In this document: positions 7,297 through 13,829 of the stretch, piece by piece
Numbering within the stretch: position 1 is the stretch's first letter
How the letters are laid out: each line of letters begins with the position of its first letter
Source: Acidimicrobiia bacterium
GTDB lineage: Bacteria; Actinomycetota; Acidimicrobiia; Spongiisociales; ZC4RG35
Direction of reading: 5' to 3'
Assembly: GCA_035292605.1 (NCBI GenBank)
Contig: DATDPT010000155.1
Coordinates: 1,408 to 65,407, forward strand
DNA length: 64,000 nucleotides
Program-made: the position numbers and the translations under genes
Notes under the pieces: model-generated
Database searches by the model: none
Seen by the model: only the letters and a program-made list of their open reading frames with translations
What the model was told of the DNA's origin: nothing

Positions 7297-7302
7297 CGCC
7301 TT

Positions 7303-8673
7303 ATGTCATCTGAACGCTTCTCGACGGAGGGATACCGACAGATACCGCGCCCACCCGGCCTGCCACCCATCATGGCCGATGAAGCCTTCCATGGGCTAGC
7401 CGGCGACATAGTGAACGCCATTGCCCCGTACACCGAAGCCTCCAAGGAGGCTCTCCTGATGCAGCTGCTGGCCGGCATCGGCAACATCGTTGGATCGGGC
7501 ACTCACTTCGTGACGGAAGATGATCGTCATCCCGCACGCCTATTCGTGTTGCTGGTGGGAGACACCAGCCTCAGTGGCAAGGGCACTTCTTGGAGTCGCG
7601 TAAGGGCGGTTCTACGAAAGGTGGATGCACCGTGGACGAAGGATCGGGTTCTCGGCTCGCTTTCGTCTGGTGAAGGGCTGATTAAGTACATCAAGCGAGT
7701 GCAGGGCGATCCGGATGAAGTCTTTGCTCAACTCCGACGGGCCAAAAGCAACGAAGAAGTAAGCGGAATCTTACAGGCCCACCCAGTCCTGGACGTCGGA
7801 AACAGCCAGCACCCTTCGCTCAACGGGCGCTTGATGCTTGTGCAACAAGAGTTCGCCAGGACTCTTCGGGTCATGAAACGGGAGAACAACACCCTGCCGG
7901 ATGTGTTGCGTGAAGCCTTCGATCAATCGGAGCTGACCAACCCGACTGTGAAGGCGGACTTTGTAGAAGGAGTCCACTTCTCCGCTGTCGGTCACATCAC
8001 CGAGGAAGAGCTGCTCCAGTTGTTCGCCAAAATTGACATCGTCAATGGGCTAGGCAATCGCTTCCTGTTCGTGATGACCTCCCGTCGACAGGAAGTCCCG
8101 AGAGGCATGCCTGTTCCTGACGAAGACATGGAGCCACTGATCGACAAGTTGCAGAAAGTCGTCGAATTAGCTCAAACGGAACAGCTCATAGATTTCGACG
8201 ACGACGCCAAGGAGTATTGGGACGAAGCCGTATACCACGTCATAACAGGTCCAACTCCAGGGCTTGTCAGTAAGTTGCTGGACCGGGCCCGAGCCCATAT
8301 TCGTCGCTTGGCCTTGCTCTTTACCATCCTGGATGACAACGCTGAGGCCACCACAATAGAACACCTTGAAGCGGCTCTAGCTGTATGGGAATACTGCGCC
8401 AATTCTGCCAAGTACCTCTTCGACTACGAGAACAGCACCGGAGACCCGGATCTGGACTTGGTAGTGCAAGCCTTGGGAAGTGCAGGTCAGTTGAGGCGGT
8501 CTCAGATCACAAGCGAGGTGTTCAAGGGAAACAAGGGTCGCTACACGACTGTCAAGCTGCGAGTCGAATCCGTCCAGAAACGCGGCGAAGAGCTTGAGGT
8601 GCTCGAGGTTCGGGCAGGTAAGCGCAAAGGCAAGAGGGGTGCCATACCCCAGATATGGATACTGAAGGAGTAG
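7303..8673 (+). CDS. DUF3987-type replication protein (primase/helicase-associated family of phages, plasmids and satellites)
   Basis: Track ORF 7279..8673. GTG 7279 lies inside the predicted promoter, so ATG 7303 is preferred. EAFHGLAGDIVNAIAPYTEASKEALLMQLLAGIGNIVG...ARLFVLLVGDTSLSGKGTS matches the DUF3987 N-terminal signature as I remember it. Confidence 0.7.
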   Translation: MSSERFSTEGYRQIPRPPGLPPIMADEAFHGLAGDIVNAIAPYTEASKEALLMQLLAGIGNIVGSGTHFVTEDDRHPARLFVLLVGDTSLSGKGTSWSRVRAVLRKVDAPWTKDRVLGSLSSGEGLIKYIKRVQGDPDEVFAQLRRAKSNEEVSGILQAHPVLDVGNSQHPSLNGRLMLVQQEFARTLRVMKRENNTLPDVLREAFDQSELTNPTVKADFVEGVHFSAVGHITEEELLQLFAKIDIVNGLGNRFLFVMTSRRQEVPRGMPVPDEDMEPLIDKLQKVVELAQTEQLIDFDDDAKEYWDEAVYHVITGPTPGLVSKLLDRARAHIRRLALLFTILDDNAEATTIEHLEAALAVWEYCANSAKYLFDYENSTGDPDLDLVVQALGSAGQLRRSQITSEVFKGNKGRYTTVKLRVESVQKRGEELEVLEVRAGKRKGKRGAIPQIWILKE

Positions 8674-8675
8674 GC

Positions 8676-9053
8676 ATGGACAACAGCATGTTGGACGAAC
8701 TCGACGTCAATTGGGAGCAGATGGCCAAGACTCTGAACAGTCACTACAACGCAACGTTCACGCCGGCCGCCGTCAAGGGAATGGTTCGGAGGTCGTTCGA
8801 CAAGACCTACTCAGAGGCCGTTCTGAAGAGCTTGCGGGAGCAGTTTCGTGCCCTTGGTCTCAACGAAGCACAGGTGGAAGAAGCGACCTTGCGGGCAATA
8901 GCTCTGCCGCAGGCAAAAGTCATTGAGACAAAGGCTGTGCAGAAGGCCGTTGACACGCTGGGAGACGGGCCTGTAACGAAGAGCACACGCCGGTCGAATG
9001 GGCACAAGTCCGGTACAAATCGAGACATGTACGGGCGCAACAGAGAGTTCTAG
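8676..9053 (+). CDS. hypothetical protein (125 aa), paralogous to the C-terminal half of 10363..10998
   Basis: ATG 8676 follows GAAGGAG, 3 nt after the previous stop. It shares the W-x-Q-[MI]-A...Y.A..T block and the C-terminal RD[ML]YGRNR motif with the 211-aa protein. Confidence 0.55.
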   Translation: MDNSMLDELDVNWEQMAKTLNSHYNATFTPAAVKGMVRRSFDKTYSEAVLKSLREQFRALGLNEAQVEEATLRAIALPQAKVIETKAVQKAVDTLGDGPVTKSTRRSNGHKSGTNRDMYGRNREF

Positions 9054-9125
9054 TGATGACTGGCTATATATTTTTGCTCGTAGTGCTCGCGATACTTAGC
9101 GTTGCGCTAGCCACAGTTAGTTTTC

Positions 9126-9183
9126 GAGGCAGCTTCGCCGTTGTTCGGGTGTCACGTCCTTTCCTCCTCGGCGGAGCTGCCTC
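9126..9183. repeat. long imperfect inverted repeat (15-bp stem, ~28-nt loop)
   Basis: GAGGCAGCTTCGCCG ... CGGCGGAGCTGCCTC (14/15 complementary), in the intergenic gap upstream of the small-ORF/terS pair. No U-tract. Confidence 0.5.
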
Positions 9184-9204
9184 GACTAGAGACTGCCAAA
9201 GGCG

Positions 9205-9435
9205 ATGGGGGAGCGGATGACTGATTCGGTGATCGTTGCCGTACCGCGCAAGGCGGTAGTCAGTCTGACCCAAGCTCTTGAGCGCAGCACTGGCGAGACA
9301 TGGGGTGAGCAGAGAGTCAAAGACGAGTTCTTACTGCCAGTGACCAGGGACCTATGCGAAGGCACCTCCCTACTCGAAGCTGAAGCCAAGGTCTGGAGGC
9401 AGCTGGGCCTTCTACACGAGGACAGCGATGTCTAA
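9205..9435 (+). CDS. hypothetical small protein (76 aa; alternative start 9217)
   Basis: Track ORF. Its end overlaps the terS start by 8 nt, suggesting translational coupling. Confidence 0.4.
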   Translation: MGERMTDSVIVAVPRKAVVSLTQALERSTGETWGEQRVKDEFLLPVTRDLCEGTSLLEAEAKVWRQLGLLHEDSDV

Positions 9436-10006
9436 GCGGTCGCTGGCTGAGCTGCGGAGTAGGGGAGCGCGGGTACGGACTAAGAAGCCGCCTGCTACGG
9501 CAAATGGGACAGCAGTCGACTCTCGCTATGCAGATCGTGATGTATTTGGCAGCTTCGGCCTGACCCGCCGTCAAGCAATGTTCGTACTTGAGTACATCTC
9601 TGACCCGGGCAGTCAGACTCACGCAGCTGTGCGTGCGGGATATTCGCCGCAGTCCGCTGCAGCACAAGCGACTGAGCTCTTGAAGCAACCCAACGTTAAG
9701 AGGGCTGTTCAGCAGATACAGGAGAGGTTGAGGGAGAACACGGAGATAACTGCAGAAGCCGTCCTCAAACGACTCAGTCAGATCGCCTTCGACACTCGAC
9801 CCAAACCGCGAAGTGCTGATCAGGTCAAAGCACTGGAGCTAATGAGCAAGTGGCTCGGACTCGAAGTGTCTAACGGCAATGTCCAGGTTGAGCTTGTCGT
9901 TCACTATGAGAGCGATCGAGAGCGCGAGCTGTACATAGAGGATGTGGAGCTCGAAGAAGAGGGTATCCAAGATGCGCACATGATCGGGATGGGTGCCGAT
10001 GACTGA
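9428..10006 (+). CDS. terS: phage terminase small subunit (Terminase_2/P27-like)
   Basis: Track ORF of 192 aa. LTRRQAMFVLEYISDPGSQTHAAVRAGYSPQSAAAQATELLKQPNVKRAV is the classic terS HTH signature. No large terminase gene is present in the window. Confidence 0.75.
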   Translation: MSKRSLAELRSRGARVRTKKPPATANGTAVDSRYADRDVFGSFGLTRRQAMFVLEYISDPGSQTHAAVRAGYSPQSAAAQATELLKQPNVKRAVQQIQERLRENTEITAEAVLKRLSQIAFDTRPKPRSADQVKALELMSKWLGLEVSNGNVQVELVVHYESDRERELYIEDVELEEEGIQDAHMIGMGADD

Positions 10007-10009
10007 GTT

Positions 10010-10037
10010 AGTTGACATAAGAAAGGTTATGGACCAC
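10010..10037 (-). other. dif-like site S4, inverted relative to S1-S3, with a different centre
   Basis: The plus strand reads AGTTGACATAA|GAAAGG|TTATGGACCAC. The minus strand reads GTGGTCCATAA|CCTTTC|TTATGTCAACT, and that right arm is identical to the right arm of S3. It starts 4 nt after the terS stop. Confidence 0.5.
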
Positions 10038-10362
10038 TCCTGTGATTCGCGGACATTCCTGTTCCGAGTTGGGACCCATCGAAGTTCGCGTCGCACTTCA
10101 TGGACGGCGGAGCATCTAGCGAACGGCGCATTCGCCTATTCGCTCCAGTCCGGGCCACAGCGTTCAGATAACACGATCTTTGATAGCGGTCCGCACCCCA
10201 TCCGCGGAATCAGGAAATCGAATCCGTGTAGCTCCACATCGCGTCTCCGTTTAGCTCGGCAAGGATCCGCGGTCCATCCGATTTTCGCGATCCGGAACCC
10301 ACCGCATGCCTGCTCGATTCAGCTTCGCCTATGTCCCGTTGTCTAAGTAAGGAGATACAGCA

Positions 10363-10998
10363 ATGAACTTGCCATCAAATCCGTGTTCAACATGCGGCTC
10401 CGTCTTGTTCTGGAAACGAGCAGGTGAGTTCACGTGTGCCAAGCATGATCCGCCGGCTGACCCAATCGGAGAGCAGTTCTACGTAACGAAGGCTGCCATG
10501 GAGACTGCGAAGAGCATTGTGCAAGCTGCGAGTAAGGACAGCGTGCTCGATGCAGCTGCAGAGAGACCGACTGCACCCTGCCCGATAGACAACAGCGAAG
10601 TGTTCTGGCTGAGCAATGCGACCGACTTGTGGTCCTGCCTGCAGCACAACTATCCGTCCGACAAGGAACTGGTTGCAGAGACCTGGAACGTGAGGACACA
10701 ACAGAGACCGAGCATCAAGACAGGAGACGACATGGACTGGAACCAGATAGCGGCAAGCATCAATGACGAATACGGAGCGAAGCTGACTGCCAGCGAAGTA
10801 GAAGTGATAGCCAGCAACGTGGAGAAGGCTCAGTCGCTACTGACTCCGCATTCCTCTGTGACAGCTGTCCGAGCCATGACCGGAGGCCTACCCGCTGCCG
10901 TGACCATTGCTCGACGTATGACGACTGCTCAGAAGGGAGCAGCGAAACCGAGTTCAGATCGAGACTTGTACGGACGCAATAGGAAGGAACGCGAATGA
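10363..10998 (+). CDS. hypothetical protein (211 aa) with two N-terminal Cys/His modules and the RDLYGRNR tail
   Basis: Track ORF. ATG is preceded by a strong RBS (TAAGGAG). It contains the internal repeat PC..C....FW......C..H.(P). Confidence 0.6.
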   Translation: MNLPSNPCSTCGSVLFWKRAGEFTCAKHDPPADPIGEQFYVTKAAMETAKSIVQAASKDSVLDAAAERPTAPCPIDNSEVFWLSNATDLWSCLQHNYPSDKELVAETWNVRTQQRPSIKTGDDMDWNQIAASINDEYGAKLTASEVEVIASNVEKAQSLLTPHSSVTAVRAMTGGLPAAVTIARRMTTAQKGAAKPSSDRDLYGRNRKERE

Positions 10999-11519
10999 CC
11001 ACGACCACTAGAGCAGACATATCGTTGCAGTACGTCCGGGACCGGCTCACGGATCCGCACTCGGACGCTGTGTATCAGCAGGAGAGCGAGAAGCTTGAGC
11101 TGCTTGAGATGGAGCTGAAGAAGATCGAACGCAAGGCGATCGGTACTCAGAAGCGTCGACGAGACATGCAGATGGAGACTTCAGAGGACGTTGTCAAAGC
11201 ATCCAAGCTGGAAGCAGAGGTCGACTTGCTGCATCGTCAAGCAGAGAATCAGCACTCGCTCGTTCTGTCTCAACAGCTGAAGGTGAACGAAGCTCTCAGT
11301 GATGCCAAACGAGTGACCGCTGAAGAAGCCGCAGCTCTATGGCACGAGGAAGTGCTCCCAGAAGTGATTGATGTAGTGGAGCGCTTGAAGGAGCTGCAGA
11401 GTATCTACACCACGTTGCGTCATGCTGGTGGAAAGCTCAGTCCCGAGTTCCCGGTCTATCGGTTTCCTGAGCTGTGGCTGAAGAAGCGACTGCAAGAGCG
11501 AGACGATCGGGACAGCTGA
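10995..11519 (+). CDS. hypothetical coiled-coil protein (174 aa)
   Basis: Track ORF with an ATGA overlap to the previous gene. Heptad-rich sequence (ELLEMELKKIERK...). Confidence 0.55.
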   Translation: MTTTTRADISLQYVRDRLTDPHSDAVYQQESEKLELLEMELKKIERKAIGTQKRRRDMQMETSEDVVKASKLEAEVDLLHRQAENQHSLVLSQQLKVNEALSDAKRVTAEEAAALWHEEVLPEVIDVVERLKELQSIYTTLRHAGGKLSPEFPVYRFPELWLKKRLQERDDRDS

Positions 11520-11854
11520 ACCCATGACCGATTGGGTGAAGCGCTGTCCTCATTACGACAAGCTGCGAACTCCGTAAGGCCCTTCGATTTCCGTGATTCT
11601 TTCGGATCGATCCGCAGAACCTGCAGGATATCTAACGACTCCATCTGCACGACGCTTACATTCGCATCGCTGAAAGTGGTCGATTCCCGTGTCGGTTATC
11701 CCATTCTCTTGGTAGATGGGCTGCGTTACCCGAACAATGGGAGAGCTGAACCGAATCTTCGCTTGACCAGTTGAGGATTCTCAGTACGTTCGCTGGCTAA
11801 TTGACAACCGAATACTGAGAGATGAAGTGATCGGCCAGCGTGGTCGGACAGGAG

Positions 11855-11880
11855 AACCACCTTATTTGACTCCGGATTCC
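11855..11880 (-). promoter_or_regulatory. second exact SigH/SigR-type promoter (GGAAT-N18-GTT), reading into the right end of module A
   Basis: The minus strand reads GGAAT ccggagtcaaataaggtg GTT. No convincing ORF lies downstream on the minus strand. A CTCAGTA...TACTGAG inverted repeat follows at 11781-11818. Confidence 0.5.
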
Positions 11881-11954
11881 CTTCCCTTTGGTGTTTCTTG
11901 TGGGGATGCGAGAGGTTTGAGCTGTGGTCGTGGCGTGGGTTGGTAGTTCGTGAG

Positions 11955-11982
11955 TTGACCCATAATCCACGTTATGTCAAGT
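11955..11982 (+). other. dif-like site S2, complete (best candidate for a functional dif)
   Basis: TTGACCCATAA|TCCACG|TTATGTCAAGT. CATAA-N6-TTATG with near-palindromic outer arms (TTGAC...GTCAA). Compare E. coli dif GGTGCGCATAA|TGTATA|TTATGTTAAAT. Confidence 0.6.
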
Positions 11983-12114
11983 TGGCTCAGGTAGGGCTAG
12001 AAAAGTCAACCACCGCTCTCCCAGCTTTGACCCACCTCATACAAACTTGAGGCCCGATCACAGGGAGGGAGCCCGAGAAGGAAGTGTGGAACAGGTGGCA
12101 AGTCAGTCGACGTG

Positions 12115-12547
12115 TTAACCGCACAGGGTTTCGGCGTCGATGAGGCTGGTCGAGGCTTCGGCGATGGTTGCGTTGCCATCCTCGGCGGCCGCTGCGATCC
12201 CCAGCACTCGGGAGATATCGTCGACTAGCACTTGACCCATGGCGGCGGATCCGGTCATCGAATTGACACAGGAGAGGGCGAGGTCATTGATTATCCCTGG
12301 CGCAAACTCTCCGTCCCGCCATGCCGCCATCTCGGACATGGTCAACAACGCCCAGTCGTAGGGGCTCAGGGGCAGCCTTCGTGGTGGTGGTCGGGCGGGT
12401 AGTCGTGGTCGTCGGAGGCGCTGTTGTCGTCGTGGTGGCTTCGGATGTTGTGCTGACGGACCCTGTGGTGGTCGTAGTGGCAAACCCACTACATCCCACC
12501 GTCACGACAAAGAGGGTCCCGGTGGCGACGACTCTCAGCGCTCTCAT
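12115..12547 (-). pseudogene. Thr-linker lipoprotein, frameshifted at a C4/G4 run (~12361-12364)
   Basis: Signal and lipobox (MRALRVVATGTLFVVTVGCSG) plus the Thr linker are in track ORF 12284..12547. The globular C-terminus (YDWALLTMSEMAAWRDGEF...) is in the frame of ORF 12115..12489. Removing one C of GAGCCCCTAC joins them. The ATG overlaps the upstream stop (ATGA). Confidence 0.6.
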
Positions 12548-13185
12548 TCCGGGAACGCCTCGATGGATCCTGTGAACGTCAACGCCCAGTCGGACTCACT
12601 GACAATCACGATCAGTGGGCCCTCTGCGAGGTCGTTGTCGTTGATCTCTCGGTGGTCGTCGAGACGGGCCCAGTAGGCGTGGCCGCCGGCTTCGACTGGA
12701 GTGACCCGATATCGACCAGGAGCGATGTCAACTCCGACCAGGTAGGTGCCCTCCGTGAACCCCGAAGCGATGGGGTCGAGCACAGGGAGGTATTGGATCG
12801 AGATCATTTCACCGTTGACCTCGATGTAGGCGTCGGACTCAAGAACGTTGACCAGGCCCAGACCATTGTCGTAGACGCCGTCGTTGTCGATGATCTCAAC
12901 GGCATCGTCGAGACGTGCCCAGTACCCGGCAACCCGGTAAACGCCGGGCTCGACCTCTGATCCGACCACCCAAACCCCACTCGAGATCGTCGGGATCGTG
13001 GTGGTGGTTGTGGGCGGCAGTGTTGTCGTGGTCGGCGGTGGAACAGTCGTTGTCGTCGAAGCTTCCGAGGAGCTGGTGGTAACAGCCCCAGTCGTGCTCG
13101 TTGTGCTGGTGTCGTCAGTCTCGGTGGCCACGGCGCAGGCACCGACAGCAGCGGCGATGAGAGCAACGAGGATGCCTCGTCTCAT
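12544..13185 (-). CDS. lipoprotein with Thr-rich linker and two tandem repeats (G.YRV....YWARLDD..EI.DND)
   Basis: Internal ATG of track ORF 12544..13215, after AAAGGA. Signal MRRGILVALIAAAVGAC. No family name recognised. Confidence 0.65.
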   Translation of the reverse strand: MRRGILVALIAAAVGACAVATETDDTSTTSTTGAVTTSSSEASTTTTVPPPTTTTLPPTTTTTIPTISSGVWVVGSEVEPGVYRVAGYWARLDDAVEIIDNDGVYDNGLGLVNVLESDAYIEVNGEMISIQYLPVLDPIASGFTEGTYLVGVDIAPGRYRVTPVEAGGHAYWARLDDHREINDNDLAEGPLIVIVSESDWALTFTGSIEAFPE

Positions 13186-13337
13186 CTTGGTCCTTTCGTC
13201 TCCGCCGACGACCATTGGACCTTAACGGTCAGCTGACGGCATCCCTAGTAGCAGATCACCCGACCAGCACTGGAAGGAAATGTGGAAGCGATGGAATCCA
13301 AGGGAGCATGGCCCCGTCGAGGCCGGGGTGAGGGTTC

Positions 13338-13829
13338 TTAGGGCCCGAGGATGAAACGGGGGCCTTCGGCCTGAAGCATTTGGAATGGATTCTGGTAGTT
13401 GATGCCGAGCGCTTCGCATGCGTTGGGTATTGGGATTCTCTTCCGGGCGTCGGGGTGTGAAGCCTCGTGAGTCACGATCTGCTGGCCGTGAGCGAGAGCT
13501 TCGGCGACGAGGTAGTAGTCCGCTCCGTTGAGGAAGGTCGCTACGGCCGCCTGGTCGTATCCCGCTCCGTTGGCCCAATGACTCACCGTGCCGAGAGTTG
13601 CGACGGTTGCCGGGTCGGGCTGGATGAAGAATTCACCGTGGTGATTCTGGGCCCATGTGGCAAGCTCGTCACTGCCTGCGATCAGCTCGACTCGAACCCG
13701 GTCGACGCTGAAGACCTGTCCGTTCCCGTTCTCTCGGTCGATCCAATCCCAGAATGCGGGAACTACCGCAAAGGGGTAGTGGTCGTTCTTGGCTTGGATA
13801 AACACGTTGGCGTCGAGGAGATATGCCAT
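13338..13829 (-). CDS. DUF4411 family (PIN-like) protein
   Basis: Track ORF of 163 aa. MAYLLDANVFIQAKNDHYPFAVVPAFWDWI...VDRVRVEL matches the DUF4411 N-terminus as I recall it. The start overlaps the stop of the ImmA/IrrE gene. Confidence 0.65.
   Translation of the reverse strand: MAYLLDANVFIQAKNDHYPFAVVPAFWDWIDRENGNGQVFSVDRVRVELIAGSDELATWAQNHHGEFFIQPDPATVATLGTVSHWANGAGYDQAAVATFLNGADYYLVAEALAHGQQIVTHEASHPDARKRIPIPNACEALGINYQNPFQMLQAEGPRFILGP

Larger units (their letters stand above)
3734..11954. mobile_element. module A: ~8.2 kb integrase-less, lower-GC element bounded by dif-like sites (IMEX-like / phage-satellite-like)
   Basis: Bounded by S1 and S2. Visibly more AT-rich than the flanks. 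Phage-type genes are present (DUF3987 replication protein, small terminase). No tyrosine or serine recombinase ORF was found in any frame. Confidence 0.65.
11843..11982. repeat. copy 2 of the triplicated dif-flank block
   Basis: See copy 1. It shares both ends with copy 1, and shares ...CCACGTTATGTCAA.TTGG with copy 3. Confidence 0.8.

Noticed and set aside
7301-7311. TTATGTCATCT, similar to the XerD-type arm, at the start of the DUF3987 gene
   Set aside because: No CATAA-type partner arm lies at the correct 6-bp distance. A match of this length is expected by chance in the window.
9993-10346. 117-aa ORF filling the gap after terS
   Set aside because: It has no RBS. The sequence is Arg/Ser/His-rich and looks non-protein-like, and the ORF begins inside the terS 3' end. 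The region is treated as non-coding (see the S4 finding).
12380-13100. ACC/ACG-rich short tandem repeats at 12380-12480 and 13000-13090, and also at 16540-16640
   Set aside because: They are in frame and encode Thr/Pro linkers of secreted proteins. They have no spacer-repeat periodicity, so they are not CRISPR or non-coding satellites.
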